Assembly: GCA_030264375.1 (NCBI GenBank)
Contig: JASCQW010000168.1
Location: forward strand, 10,989,500 to 11,053,499
Direction: 5' to 3'
From: Carcharhinus longimanus
Taxonomy: Eukaryota
DNA: 64,000 nt
Shown here: positions 1-56,989 of the stretch, in pieces
How positions within the stretch are numbered: the first letter of the stretch is position 1
How the letters are laid out: the number at the start of each line of letters is the position of its first letter
Program-made: the position numbers and the translations under genes
The notes under the pieces: model-generated
Database searches by the model: none
What the model saw: the letters and a program-made list of their open reading frames with translations, nothing else
What the model was told of the DNA's origin: nothing

Positions 1-374
1 ATCTTAGTTTAATTGATTAGCTTAAATTAGTATTCAAGGTTTGAACAGTAACTTCAGTGTGCAGTGACATTTCAGAAGTTTTCTAAATGTCATAAGCCAT
101 GAAAATAATAAATGTTCTATGGGTTGCAAAACAACCTTATTGTAATAATATGCTTATACCTAAAACAATTCTAGAAGGAGAAAAATAAAATCAGCATGTG
201 TTTTGAATCAAGATGCACTCACAGAAATAGTTCATTCAACTAGAAATGATTTCAGTTTCAGTCTGACAGGAACTTAAAATGAGAAATGAGGCCACATATG
301 CAAGAAATAGATATCTATAGATATTAAAACAGCTTTGTTTGCCTTTGGCTTCCTTAGGTCAGTCAAGCCCTTAC

Positions 375-42182
<41,808 letters not shown>

Positions 42183-45100
42183 CTGAAACAGATACAAAAA
42201 TTGTCACTTATAACGTTCACCACAAACAGCTATCACCATACTCTCCCATCGCTGTGCAAAATGCTCACGACCAACTGCATTCACATTCACACAAAGGACG
42301 TGAATGATTTTAGGAAAACCTTCTGCCAACCACATGGTTCATTCCTGAATTGAGAATGAATAAACCGGCCTGTCTCTTGTTATGTTGGCCTCCAATCATT
42401 TTGAGTAATTGGACAGATATTAACTTTAAAATCCTAATTGCAATTATCTGACCCAGGTAACAAACCCACAACTTAAAATTGGTTTTAAAACAGAATTGGA
42501 AGCAGAGCTTGGAGGAGCACCTGATGTTGAGAACATTCAAAGTCAAGTATATTGCAAGTAAACAGTCATGAGGAAAAGTTGGGACAAAAAAGTGTGCAGA
42601 TTGAAATTTTGTAAAATAGATTGTCAATAGAAATCTCTCCCCCGAGCCTTCTGACCACTTTCCATCACTCACCAGTCTAAACTTTTCCATCTTACATTGA
42701 CATTAATGGTTGCTGACAAAAATAGGGAAGGAAGATGACAATCATTAAATTCTTCAGGAGTTACAAATATGTCCCCTGTTTTTGCATCACTTTTTTCACC
42801 AATCTTTCTGGAGGCAGACAAAAACAACTTGCATTTATGGGAAAAGCATTCCAAGGCGCTTCATCACAAACAAAAATAAAGATTTTATGATAAGTTACCA
42901 AAACTTGGTCAGGGAGATGAGTTTTAATGAGCATCTTAAAAAGGAGAGAAAGTAATATAGGGAAGGAATTTCTGGGGTTAGTTCCTTTGCCACTGAAGAC
43001 ACAGCTTCAATGAAAAGCATTATAGTGCAAGCGAATTGGGAAAGTGCAATGATCTCAGAGTTGTAGGGCTGAGGACATTACAAAAGCAAACAAGGCCAGC
43101 TACACATTATTAAATTGCTTTATTTTACAGACAAGTAAACACACGATTGTAATCAAACTCCATTTTGATCCAACTACAGAATCCTAAAAAAAATTGAAAG
43201 ACACCACAACAGTAGTTCATTTAACTTTTCCTGATTGTGATTAACTGATGATGCACCAGTCTTGCTCTGCATTAGTTGGAAATGGAAAGGCAGCCAGCCC
43301 CAGTGTCTCCAGCCCTGTTCTTGTTCAGTGATTTGTGAATAGGCTTGTCAACTGACTAACCTTCCCCTCTCCTCAGAAGATGTTCTCAGCAGACATATCA
43401 TGCTGGGTCACATGAATAGAATAGCCCCACCATAAGAGGCATGGATGTCTTTTGGCCATCAAAGACAAAATAATAAATTGCTTAATGTCGCCAGTTGTTG
43501 GAAAGCTTTAGAATCAACATGCTAAGTTAATATCCTGCACAGAGTTGGTGGCTTTTTAGGCCTATGAAATAGTGTTTTAAAAACACAATCTTGAAATATA
43601 ACTGAATCTTGAATCATTTCTGTGGGGAGAAAAAGGTCAAATTTGCCCAAGTAGTGGTAAGTGCATTTCCATAGGTTTAGAAAAATAATTTTCAAATTAA
43701 CAAATGTCTATATTTACACATCAAATCCATTTATTATCAAATAGCAAGATGATTCAAGTAGATTGTGCAGTTTGGAATCAAAGTCATTAACCTACTGTGC
43801 TTCACCAAGTGACTGGTTATTTTCACAACAGATGCAAATTTATTTATATAGTCTTGCACCTTGTGTCACATTTTAAAATGTCAGTATAATAAATGTGTCA
43901 ATAGTGCTATTAGGAGCACACTGATTAGAACGCACATGTTCACACACGCACACATGCAAAACAATTTTGTTTCAAAACAAAGATTCTGAATAATCCTTAA
44001 GTTCCTTTGAAGGTAGTCTTTGAGGTTCCTTAATTCCAATTTTGCCAATATAATCAATCTGAGGCTAATACTCAAGTTTTGGTAGATTCTTTCAAGTTTT
44101 TTCTCTTTAAGAAGAACACTTAATAGTTTTCAAAAGAATAGCACCATAAACATTTAAAGAACATAACAACAAACAGCTACTTGGTCTATTAAATCTACAC
44201 ATGCCAGGAAAAACGTATAATTTATCCAACATGGATTCTACCCTACTTAGCCAGCCTTCTAATAATTTCCTAACCCTATCTTTCTAAAGATGAATGAAGG
44301 GAAACTCTGGAATTCTGACAGATACCAACATCAATCTGATGCAGTTGTAGTCTGTTGCTTTACAAAAGTGACACAAACATGACTCCAGCAACTACCTGTA
44401 CGTCCTTCTATTCCAAACCCAAATAAAATAATGTTGTTCAACGACATGTTATCCAACCCCATCAAGCAGATATGATCTAAAACTAATCAGTCTGTTTAAA
44501 CAAAACCTTGCTGAAGGGAGTGTCCCTTCCTCACTTAGAGCTGTTAGTCTCAATCATCCTAATAGCCTTCTCTGAACTGTCTCCAACACATCTAACTCTT
44601 TTTGCAAACATGAAACCTGGAACACAATATTCCAAAGCAACTATTAAAAATTATAATCTGATTGGAAATCAAATACCCGCTAGAGGCAACCTAATAGTCT
44701 TTTAAAATTAAGTTTACGTTGAGTAATGCCAAAAGAGAAAGTGCTGGAAAATAGCAGGTCTGGGAGCATCTGTGAGGAGAACAAAGAGCTAACGTTTTGA
44801 GTCCAGATGACTATGCCAAATTACTTTCCATAAGCGCTTTTGTTGTGCATTCACAGACTTAATTATTAAAAAATATCTGATTTTCATTACGCTGTTTGCT
44901 TATTCTGAACATATCCTGCTGAATTCAGATACCTCTTATACTCACTACGTGTTAGAGTAATCAACAAATTTGCAATATTTTACAAGGATCAACCTCCTTC
45001 ACATCACCTACAAATTTGAGAGACTGGCAGGGAACCAAGTACACACACTTCAGCTGTTCTATCACTAAGACATGGAGCCTATTCCAAATTTAAATTTCAA

Positions 45101-46849
45101 ACATACTCTACACTCCAGCAGGATTTGGAGATGTTAATCTTCACAGATTAGTTTTGTGTGCTTACCTGCAGTGGTGGCAGTTTCGAATGCTATTTCCCAT
45201 TGCAATTTTCCCAAGAATGGTGATGGAAAAATTGAATTTTTTTTGAAAAGTTAGAAGGGAGAGGGTGTTGAAAAAATTGGGGAAAGATATCAAAGCACAT
45301 CCACACATCTAGTCTGAGTTTATATCAAAATTGAATCCTGTTGCATTCCCTTTGTAATCTGAAATCAATTTTGATTTAATTTATATTTAAAACAGTTACA
45401 ATATCAAAATCAACTCTGCAGTACAAGCTAGTGAGTTAAACAGCTTCTGTTTAAGATATCATCTGTGGATTGTGCCACCAAAGAAAACACTATTCAAAAG
45501 TAAAATTAAAGATTCCTGAATGCTTTTCTTTTCTGGAGCCATGAAGAGTAGAATCTCATCAAGTTATCGCTGCTCACACCAATCTCAAATGACATTTTTA
45601 AAAATGGCTGCTGTTTTAAATCGCGATACATCTGACTTTCCTATGCTGAGGATTTTTATAATCACTTGAGTAACTAAAATGAAATGTCCAGAAACTCTGA
45701 ATACCTCATGATTTGTCACAGGCATACATTCATGTTGATTGGATCATGAGAAATTCTTAGCATAAAGAATATATTCACATTTTTGACCATGATTTTGTAT
45801 TTTTCAAATCAACATTATTAAGCATATTTACACAGGAATTGATAAACACTTGAACATCTCCTTCAATAAGTAAACCACTAAAAATGTGCCAGACTGGATG
45901 TCTCTGATGCCCAACAGATTAGAACAAATATATTTATCAAAATAGAATTTGCCTATCTCTAGATCTTAATAACTAAAGGATTTATAATATTGAGCTTAAC
46001 ACTTAAGGCTTTTGTTCAATTTTAGAAGCATCAAACAGTATCTGCAAATTTATCTTGTTTCATGTTTCCGGTGAACTTTGAAATATATTTACCAGTTACT
46101 TCAATAGTGCACTATTCACTTGTTTTATCAACTGCACAACTCAACAAACTGTTTCATGCACAGAGGTTATTGCTGATCCTAGAAGTTACAAAATTATGCG
46201 AGAGGATCATTGATCTTCAAGAAGAAAACCAGATATTATCTTCTCACTTTGTTGTTGTCAATGAGAATTAACATCCAAACATGAAGTCAGATCTTTTACA
46301 AATGAGCATCTTACTTCACATTCAGACACTGTCAGTTTAGTACCTAATTCAGAATGTCCATGACTACTACTGTGTTGAGAGTTGAACGCTTAGAAAAATG
46401 AACGTTACCAAAATACAAGAATCTTCTCCATAGCAATTAGGTACACACAGCACGTGCTGGGCTTGCCAGCAATGCTCACATCCAATAAACAAATTTTTAA
46501 AATTTAAGTCAAGATGAGATTCAAACAACATCATGCCAGCGTCGCCAGTTTAAACCAAGCCACAAGTTTCAAATGACAGAGTAGATTGACAAATAATCAC
46601 TTGAGTAACTAAAATAAGTAGTTTCCAGAATTCCTAGTTTTCTTTGAACTCTCCAGGTTACACACTGAGGGTGCTGTTACCACCATCTACAACCGCAATT
46701 ATTCTGAATTTTTACCAGTTAGACAAATTGCAATGCCACTAGGTGGCATNNNNNNNNNNNNNNNNNNNNNCACTCTCTGCTATTTGACAGCCAACCCTCT
46801 ATCCACGCTAACACCCTACCCCCAACTCCATGCCCCCTTACCTTCTGCA

Positions 46850-47030
46850 ATCTCCCACAGTCCAAAGGTGTGCGAGTTAGGTGGATTGGCCACACCAAAT
46901 TGCCTCTTAGTGTCAGAGGGATTAGAAGGGTAAATATGTGGGGTTACGGGGATAGGGCCTGGGTGGGATTGTTATTGATGCATGCTTGATGAGCTGAATG
47001 CTCTCCCTGTTTGTTGTCGGTATTATGATC
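46850..47030 (+). mobile_element. HE1-type SINE 3' half
   Basis: ctcccacagtccaaaggtgtgcgagttaggtggattggccac..ggggttacggggatagggcctgggtgggatt. Confidence 0.75.
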
Positions 47031-49679
47031 TTGTTTCTCAAACCATTCTCTCAAGCTCTAAGGCATATTTCAGACAGTGGGCAGGGAGAAAAAGAGGAAA
47101 CGTGTAGCTCATCCCAGCGTTCCACTGTCTTAAAACCAAGCCAGCTCTGCCACTTTGATCTTAGTCACAGGCAGAATCAGACAATTGTCTCTCTTCACCA
47201 AAAGATTTGGAGTGGTTGAAAAAATAGGCATGCAGAGATCTTTGTTCAAAAGTAAAGTATTGACAAGATTGATAAAGTTAATTTGTTTCAGCATAACATG
47301 AGTCAATCTCTTCAAATTTCTGAAGGAGCCATTAACAAGGCACAGAATGAAACATTTATTTCCATCAACTGAACCAATTAATTCAAATCCAACACCATGT
47401 TAAAATGCAGAGACAGTTCCCAGAATGTTTCTTGTGTTTTTTTCTTATTACGCTGTCAAACCATTATTCAGAAAGTTGAACAGGTAACATGGCAAACAAG
47501 GGCTTTATTTCCATTTGTGCCCAGAGGCTTAAAGAAAAACAGCACATCAACAAGTGTGTTAAAATGCTGAACAAGCAACAATTCATGAGATGGTTGCAAA
47601 TTTGAAGTTTGGCACATTAAACAGAGTAACTGCGTCAAATTCATCGCAACAACATACTAGTTCTCTTGAAATAGGCATGTGTAAGAGAATAATTTTCATT
47701 CAGAAATATTAAGTTGCTGGTCCTCAAAACAAGATTTTTTTCTCCATACTGTTGATGGCTACCTGAAGTGCTATAATCCTGACATGCACAGGCTACAACC
47801 AAGGTTAAGGTGTTTCTGACACAATTTCCCAGTCAATTTCAAATTTCAATGGAGTGGTAGATTAATAATTTGTATAACACCTCTAATGCAGGCTCAAAAT
47901 CAGCTCAGGAATCTTTCCAGTATCTCCTCACTATTCCCCAAAGGGAAAAAAATGCCATCTGAAGATACACTAAAAAAAATGCTAATGCAGGTATACCACC
48001 AATGTTACAGAGTAAAATCAGATACCAAGAAGCATTCGGGCAGGAAATCAAAAGTGTGGCCAAAAAGATAGCTTTTAAAGGCAATTTCTAGACAAGAAAT
48101 ACCAGGCTAAAGATTCCTCCACTAATGGTACAGCAGCAGCAGAAATAGAGCTGCATGGAGGGAGGGGGGAGTCAGGGACATGCAGAATGGGGAAGTATTG
48201 TTCAAGTCAAGACAAAGATCTTGAATCGACGTGTTTTGTAATAAAATTAACAGATGTCTGCAAAATCAAGATAAACATGACAAAATGAAGAAAGTCGAAC
48301 TTGTATGCAGAGTTGATAACAGTGAGGAGATGTTACAAGACTAGAGGTAACATATGGGGAGGAGAAGAGTGAATAGCAAGTCATGTAGCACGAGGTGGAA
48401 ATAAGCTGGCTTGGTGACAGATAGGATGTGAAATCTGAGACAACTGACATCAAGGTTTTGCACTTTCTGATTCACCCTGAACGAGCAGCTGGAACAGAAA
48501 TGGAACAAGGGCTCAGGGTATGAGTTTAGAGTGCATTGGAAGAGAATACTGTCATCTGAAATGATCTGGTTAATAATCAGCTTCAACGTGACACGATCTT
48601 GTTCAAAGACGTAATCGTGAATGTTGGTCAGATTACATTGAGATTCAAAATAGAGAAATATCAGAGAAGAGGAGGTAAGGAGGTTCTGAGTGCAAACTGA
48701 AATAAGGATCAAGATTTGTTTGGTGCAATGATTAAAGGAAGAAACCCCAGTGGGAAAACATCTCCATGGGTTTGAGAAAGCCCCATAAATAACCAGTACC
48801 TAATAAAGGAGTCAAGATGGACGGAAGAGGGTGAAATGTTTAAACAGTGAATCAAAAACATGGGAGATAAGACCAGCAGCAGAAATGAGATGCAAAGCAA
48901 GTACACATAATTTTCTTATTTCCTCTCTTTATTGTTTTAAACAGTCTGAACTGTAGTTAAAATAATCAAAATAATTACTAACCTACAGCATAAAATTGTA
49001 CACAAACTGAACAAGTTTAGAAAAACACCAAGTCAAATAAAAAGGAGAAATGTTCTTTTCTTAAAAATGTGTGCAGGATTTTTAAAACCCATTTAATTTT
49101 AAATGAAACATTGATACGTGTGAGAAAAAGGAAAGAAGGAAAGACTGAATTGGTGGTATTTTAAACCTTAGAGGCTGTCCCAGAAGCACAGTGACTCTAA
49201 ACTCTTGCACAAGTATGGACCAAATTAACTGCAAATATCAGAGGTTTGCAGATCCTCTTACTAAAGGATGTACAACATGGAATGACTGAGACCATAAAGA
49301 CAAGACTACATTTTTAGAATAATTTATTCCTCACCACCTGTCAACATCAGTCATTGACTGTGACACCTTCAGTATAAGCTGGAAAAAAGGTTTACCACTC
49401 ATTTGTTCAGCACAGCTGCAAACCAGCACCATAAATTTAGCTCCATGCGCCTGCCAGAGAAGATTCTCCACTGAGGAAGCTAAGCATTGTAATGCCAAAC
49501 ACATTTGCCATCAATTTCCAGCACAGGCCAAATCCATGTCCTTTGCACTTCCTCCAAGAAAACCAAACTCAGTGAGTTTCAACTTACTGCACAATACTGT
49601 TTTTGATTTTGTACCCCCACGACACATATATACTCCTCACCCCATTACACAACACTCATCCCATGGAGCTACAAAAAAA

Positions 49680-50875
49680 AAGTTGGCAAATGGAATATAA
49701 TGTGGGAAAACATGAACTTGTCTACTTTAGCAGGAAGAATAGAAAAGAAGCATTTTATTTAACTGGCAAGAAATTACAGAACTCTGAGGCAGAGATGATG
49801 TCCCGGTACATGAATCATAAAAAGTTAGCATGGATGTACAGTTAGTGATTAGGAGGGCAAATGGAATGCAGGGGAATTTATTGCAGGGGAATAGAATATA
49901 AAAGTAGGGATGTTTTACCACAGTTGTACAGGGCATTGGTAAGAAAATCAACACAAGAATACAAGAAATAGGAGGAGTAAACCATATGAGCCATTGAGCC
50001 TGCCCCCCCCATCCACTACGATGATGGCTGATTTTAGGCTTCAACTCCAGTTCCTTGCCCATTCCCATATCTTTTGATTTTGAGACACCAAAAATCTGTC
50101 CATCTCGGTCTTAAAATGTAGACAATAATGGAGCTCAATAAAAATTCACATCTGAGTAATTTCTCCTCATCTCAGTCCTAACATGATAGTCTCAAGATAA
50201 GGAGTCTATACCTCCATGTTTCAGACTTCCCAATTGATGGAAACAATCTCTCTGCATCATCCCTATCAAGCGCCCCCCCCCACCCAAATTTTGTACATCT
50301 CAATGAGATCACTCCTCATTCTTTTGAACTCGAGAATACAAGCCCAAGTTTACTTAGCTTCTCATCATAGGACAGCTTCTCATCATAGGACTGTTCCCCC
50401 CAAATAAGAAAGTTGCCAATGTAATGAGGGTTTAATCAACTGACAGCAGAGATGAAGGGGTTATCTTATGATGAAATGTTGGGCAGGTTGTGTCTGTATC
50501 CATTAGGAGTTTAAAAGAATGAGAGGTGACTTTATTGAAACAAACAAGATCCTGAGGGTACTCAGCAGGGTGGATGCTGAAAGAATGTTTCCCCTTGTGG
50601 GAGAGATTAAAAACAAGAAGTCTCCCACTGAGATGCAAAGAAATGTTTCTCTGAGGGTCATGAGTATGTGGAGCACTTTTCCCTGGACAGAGTTGGAGCA
50701 GAATCATTGAATATTTTTAAGGCAGAGGTAGGTAGATCCTTCACTAATAAAAGAGTCAAATGTTATGTGGTGTAGGCAGTGTGGCATTGAAGCCACAATC
50801 AGATAAAACATGATCATATTGAATAGCTGAACAGGTTCGAGGGGCTGAATGGCCTACTCCTAATTTGTACGTTCA
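49680..50875 (+). mobile_element. CR1 LINE interrupted by an antisense CR1 3' end (~49950-50400)
   Basis: SWQMEYNVGKHELVYFSRKN and MRGDFIETNKILRVLSRVDAERMFPLVGE on plus; caagaatacaagaaataggaggagta tail on minus. Confidence 0.75.
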
Positions 50876-52944
50876 AATGAACACTTCTCTACATAATATT
50901 CCTCTGGATCAACACTCTACATAGTCAACTTTTCGCATTGTTTAAATTTACTGCAATTGGGTTTTTTTAAAAATTACATGCATTTAATTACTTGGTTGCA
51001 AAATTGTTGGTCTAGGTAGACAGAATTATAAAGCAAAACAGCAAAATTAAAAGAGAAAGGACAATAACCACAATGGAAAATCAGAGGAGCGAACACCCTT
51101 ACAGCAAAGTACAATAAGAACATGCAAAATACATTTGAGAGATATATATTTAGGAAGGTGGACTAAAATATCAATAATTCTGTTTCTNNNNNNNNNNNNN
51201 NNNNNNNNNNNNNNNNNNNNNNNNNNNNNNNNNNNNNNNNNNNNNNNNNNNNNNNNNNNNNNNNNNNNNNNNNNNNNNNNNNNNNNNGTGGACTAAAATA
51301 TCAATAATTCTGTTTCTACTTTGAAGACAAACTTGTAATCAATGTCATTTCACTTTGGGACATTGCATGGGAATTGTTGGCTCCATGATGTACATTATTG
51401 GCTCCATGGTTTGCAATGTGCCATGAAAATGGGAAATCTACCAAGTTAAGGAGAGTGATAATTCAGAGGAATGAATGCAGAGATACTGTCATTTACACCA
51501 CAGCAAGGGAGCCAATAATGAGACATGAAATTTATGTATATGCTGGAACCAAAGGGCTTCCTCAATTAATGTAATGCAAAGTGGCTTCTGACGTGTTTCA
51601 TGTCCAGGGTTGATAACGACGTGCATTCTACGGGATAACTGCTGTGAGCTAGGTGATGAACTTCAAAAGCTGGAAGATTCCACCATTCTGTTTTAATAAA
51701 AGCCATGCCTCGATGTAAACAAAAAAAAAGGAATTCCTATTGACTGTTCATCAAATCAACTATGAAGCTTAAACATTAAGACAAGGAATTAATTTTATCA
51801 TAGTTAAAATGGCAAAATATTAGTAGATTTTAATATCTATATTTGAAAGATATTATGCATATAAGGAACATACCGGAAAAAGACAGAAGTAAATCATATG
51901 GCAATCGAGCCAACTCAGCCATTCGGTACAATCATGGCTAACCCTGGGTTTCCATTCTATTTCCACCCCCTACTTCCCATATCTCTTAATTTTCTCTGAC
52001 ACTAAAATCTGTCCATCCAAGCCTCAAAATATATTCAACTACGGAGCATTCACAACGGGATAGTGATTTTCAAACATTCACAATCTTTTGAGCAAAGGTT
52101 CACCCTGCATTTGCAAATTTAAATTGCCATGAGAGTGTTGACTTTTAACATAAACAGACGTAGAAATAATGGAAGAGCTTCAATCTTAAAACCAACCTTG
52201 CTTTAACTTGCATCATCATCGAATCAGAAACAAAGATCTGATATATTGTTCAAGCAATGATTCATTTCACATTTATGTTAAGTGAGAATCTGGCCCTCCA
52301 GTTCACCAAATGTGTGTTTAAAAATACCAAATCAATATGAACTCATGGAATTCGCTTCTTCAGGGTATTGCTAAAAATTCTCTTGCTTCCTTCAGTTTAT
52401 CTTGAGGCAGAACAAATTTCTCATTATATAGAAAGTGTTCTGAACACAAAAATAGGTGGGGGGGGAAAGCATTTGCATTTATGTAGCACCCTAAATATCC
52501 CCAGAGCATTGCAGGGTACTTCAGACAATTTATTGCTTTTGAAGTTTGGCCACTGTATTGGTACTTATGAAGCAACATTAAGAAAGGGTCTAAGGCAAAC
52601 TTAATTCCCCCCGTGAGCCATGTAAAGTTATGATTAATAGCAAATGGTGCAATGTTTCCATAACAGCCTGCCATCTGATGTCAAATTGAGTAAACTAGTA
52701 AAACAGTTGATCAGAAAGAAAACTACATTTGTGTATTAGCCAGAGACTACTTTTTGTAAGCTCTTCTAATGTTTTCAGTAAACCGACAGTGGTGTGCAGC
52801 ATAAAAACATGAAATCACCACACATCTAAAGTAATTTTAATCACAATGCTCAAGCAGTTCTAAAGCCACTTTGCAACACACATCATTCAACGGTCATGAC
52901 AGTGACCTCTACCTAGAGCAGGCAACCACTGCATAGACCAAGAT

Positions 52945-53300
52945 AATAACAACTTGCATTTATACCGTGTTAGAAGCACTCTATAATGTCCAAGGCAATG
53001 TAAAGGAGCATTAACAGACAAACTTTTACACCACATAAAGGAGATATTAGGTCAGGTGAACAAAAGGTAGGCTCTAAGGAAGATCAAGAAGTAGAGAATG
53101 AGAACTTGGGGAATGAATTCCAGAGCTTCAGTCCAGAGGAGTTGAAGATAATGTTGGCAATTTTGGGTGGTTCAAATCAGGCATGCAAAAGAAGGTAGAA
53201 TTGGAGGAGAGTGATCTTGGGTTGTAGGGCTGCAGGAATTTACAGAAAAGAGGGACAAGATCCTGGAGGAATATGAATAAAAGAATTAAAAATGCAAAAA
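52945..53300 (-). mobile_element. L2-type LINE 3' end, old (similar pieces near 42823, 52470, 58140)
   Basis: aacaacttgcatttata tail followed by ggagatattagg..gaattccagagctt. Confidence 0.55.
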
Positions 53301-54164
53301 ATGGCAATGATGAAAAAGGACTTTAGGAAAGAGTGGGGCAATGGGAGTCTTGGATTACTCTAGCAAAGCGCTTGCCACTTCACAATTCCCAATCTGAGAT
53401 TCTACCAGATATGTCAATGCAGCAGACTTCAGACACTACCTGCCAATTCAAATGATTCTTTGAGGGCAGTGAGTTGCATGTGAATGATCTCACCATGGCC
53501 TGAATTTTAAAGGAGATACTCTGGAAACTTCTGCTTTATTTTAAATTTATTCCCTTCAGCTCATCGCCAGGTCTTATATGAAGCTATTTATTTCTCGTCT
53601 CACGATCCCCCTCATTGCCATGCTGGTGAGCGGCACAGATGCTTCTATTGAAGAATTTACTTTTCTATGTCCTGTGATATGTTAGAGGGATTAATCTATC
53701 CTTCCTCAAAAGCTTGCAAGCTGATTAATTACTATGGGTAGGACAATAGATAGCCCTAACCAAATAATGCTAAAAGACTCATGTTTTGCCCATGCACTTA
53801 GTGCTGCAAAAAGTACAACCATATGGGTCAAAAATAACATTCAGCTATTTGTTTAATTACATATAATCAAATCCAATCTACTATGGGAAGGCACATNNNN
53901 NNNNNNNNNNNNNNNNNNNNNNNNNNNNNNNNNNNNNNNNNNNNNNNNNNNNNNNNNNNNNNNNNNNNNNNNNNNNNNNNNNNNNNNNNNNNNNNNTGAC
54001 TAATGGAAAGCTTGTATAAGATTGAACATCAAGCTTAGTTCTACTCATATTCAACTTCTTCAAAAGTTCATGTATGGCTATGAAGAAAATTCCTATTGTG
54101 CATTCCTTGATGCAATGGACTTAAAAGATGTAAACTTCAGATGATGTCTCCAATAACAAAGACA

Positions 54165-55060
54165 TGGGGGCATGATCTTGAGCCCATACTCACCGCCCAC
54201 AGGATTAGTGATAGGGGCTCAAGATACAGTGAAACTCAGCAATTGTGAATCTCGCCAGTGAGATCGCAATTTCTGATTTTCACCTCCACTTGCCAGCAAT
54301 GTAATGAGATTCACACCCATGATGGGCAAGAACCTGATTTACATCCACTGAAATAAATATTAGACAACATCACTAGATCTTCCCCCTTCACTTAAGTTTT
54401 GTGAAGGTGAGTATAGCCCCCAAGGAATGGGACATGGCTAGGCAATGCCCAGGACAGATTGGTGTTAATCTGTGTTGGGGACAGCACTGGGATACACCCT
54501 AGTAGGACCTTCATGAGGTTGGGGGAGGCGGAGGTGGTGGTGTTAGCATGTATGTGTGTTGGGAAAGGAAAGTGTATTCAATGAAGGAGGGAGCAAATGC
54601 CAGAGATGGCTGTGAAGTGATACTGCCGCTGCTGGGGNNNNNNNNNNNNNNNNNNNNNNNNNNNNNNNNNNNNNNNNNNNNNNNNNNNNNNNNNNNNNNN
54701 NNNNNNNNNNNNNNNNNNNNNNNNNNNNNNNNNNNNNACTGCCGCTGCTGGGGGTGGGGTAAGAGATGCCAGTGTTGATGGGACGGTATGAAGAGATGAG
54801 ATGCTGGCATTGACTTTTGGTGGGGTGGGGTGGGGGGGGTGTGTGAAGAAGGAAGAGAGAAGAGGAGATGTCAGTGTTGATGTGGGTGAGGGATGCCAAT
54901 GTTCTTGGGGTGGGGGAGAGCCCTTGAAATCTATATGGTGGAGGGGAGATCATTTAGTCATTTCTTGGTCTAATTAAAAACGCACCCTGATTTCTGTGCA
55001 GCCGGCTTTACCAGCGTGTTTGGGTCCCACCCACAAAAAGTGAGGGTGTGAAACATGTTT
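54165..55060. mobile_element. GC-rich non-autonomous DNA-transposon-like element, gapped
   Basis: Start resembles 35492; G-rich interior. Confidence 0.4.
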
Positions 55061-56989
55061 CCTGCATTTTATTTTGATAATCCCACAAGAAAGCACAGCC
55101 AAAACTGGCATGTTTATGTCAGGAATACATTGTAGCTCTACCTCACTATTTAATAAATAGCTAGGGGGAAAAGTTACCAGGAAATGTCAGTGAAAATGTA
55201 TCACAATATTCACTTCCTTGTAAACTGTTTACTCCACTCCAAACATTCAGCTTTTTGGCTTCATTTTCACTGAATCCACAGTAGTGCAAACACATACCAA
55301 GTATACACAGTGAATGTGACACAAATCACTGAGTTTTTCTTTTGGTAGCTCATCGCCATTCCCAACAATCAGCATCATCATACCTGCAAATTCCAACTCT
55401 AACTACCAATGCTTCCCATTATTTACAATGTTATCAACATGAATTCTACACTTCTAACATATCAAATGAAACCAGTACTTTGACAGTTAAATGTAGTGAT
55501 GAAGTAAGACAAAGTGCAAGGATATTTTTCCTAAAGACTACATGAAAAGAACCGCATAAATATTCTAGCACTATTGCCAAGTAACTTGTATTTCCATTAA
55601 CTGTACGGCCTCCCTGTTGCAGTAATTTATAATACATTATTTGTACTTAAAAGGAATTTTGGTCATGAACAATGAGATAATCAGATGGCAACAATCCCAG
55701 TTTAAAATGCAGTCCAAATCTTCCAATTTAGCATCGTTTAGATGTTCTAGTCACAGCTCAACATTTTGACACAAAATTAGAAATCGAAGTACATTTTCAA
55801 ATAAATGTGTGTTCTTCTTTTCCTTCTTGTCCTTTCCCTCAAGTGCCAACAAGATTGCAGTAGCCAATTACAATGCCACTTTGGAATATTCAGTTATGCA
55901 AACATTACTACATAGACTAGTTTCATTTACCAATTGTATGAAAATCTCATTTTCACAAAGTATCCACAACAAAAATGTTAGATAAAAGAATCCTGCTTAT
56001 ACTTCAAGCAATCTTTTAACATTTCCGATCTCCAACATTTTCATTCACCCCCTAGCTACACCCACCCCCCCACCCCCACAAAAACGATCATTCTTCTTTA
56101 CACCATTAGAGTTCCAAAAATGCACTTCATTCCTGCATTTCTGCCATATCTTTAAAGCTTGGTTTCAATCTGTAAAGCATTTCTGTTTTCACATCCATCA
56201 ACTTAGGAGTTATCCCCTCATAAACAAAGGGAGCTCACAAAGCATATTTCAGACACATGTTCCAATACAAGGTCCAACACAGCAACTAGAAATGGATTAG
56301 CACCTACAGTTCCTCACACAGGCAGTTGTCATTTCAATCACACCACGATAGAGAATAGGGAAAGGAAACTCAGGGCTAGCAAATGCTAAATGCCCTTTTC
56401 TTATCTGCCAAGAATTTGTTCATAAAGTAGTGGGGGAGCCTCTCCTCTCCACATAGGAATGTGCTAATTTCAGTGCTACTACCTAATATGCAATAAAGAC
56501 AATATGCAAATTTTACCACTTAATTCATTACCTCTCAAACACATCCAGCAATATTTTTTTTCAAAAATGGAAATTCTTCACACATTTTCAAATGCCTCCT
56601 CAAAGACATCTCTTGGATCTCACCTTCCTTAATTGGTCCTCCAATCACTTCCAGATGTTTTAAACCCTCAGTAACCTCGGTGAGAAAACTTGGGAACATT
56701 TGCTGCGCTTGAGTCATCATACAAGTCCAAATGTGAGCAAAGCAACGGAATATTTTCAATTGAAGAGGTGAGCAGTTCACAATCAAGCTTTGGAAAAATA
56801 TCTTTTAACCATTGCTGCTCAGTACTCAGAAGGCCAACATACCAATAACACGATGACTGCCCAAATAGTATCGTTGTATACAATAATTTAGTCATGCCCT
56901 ACCATTTCAAGATAGAATTAACCAATCCGTTGGTCTTGTTGTTATTTCTAAAAAAAGTACATCTGATGATATCCATGTGGTCCTGGTTT

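Noticed and set aside
50356-50391. 18-bp perfect tandem duplication agcttctcatcataggac
   Set aside because: Ordinary slippage duplication within a decayed CR1.
51158-51317. 30-bp direct repeat gtggactaaaatatcaataattctgtttct on both sides of a 100-N gap
   Set aside because: Most likely an unmerged contig overlap or a collapsed insertion at a scaffold gap; cannot be interpreted.
54622-54755. actgccgctgctgggg repeated on both sides of a 100-N gap
   Set aside because: Assembly gap artefact or unresolved minisatellite.
56627-56636. CArG-like boxes (ccttaattgg here; others near 4289, 18105, 24991, 40089) in an SRF target gene
   Set aside because: A handful are expected by chance in 64 kb of AT-rich DNA, some lie in TEs, and no conservation data are available.
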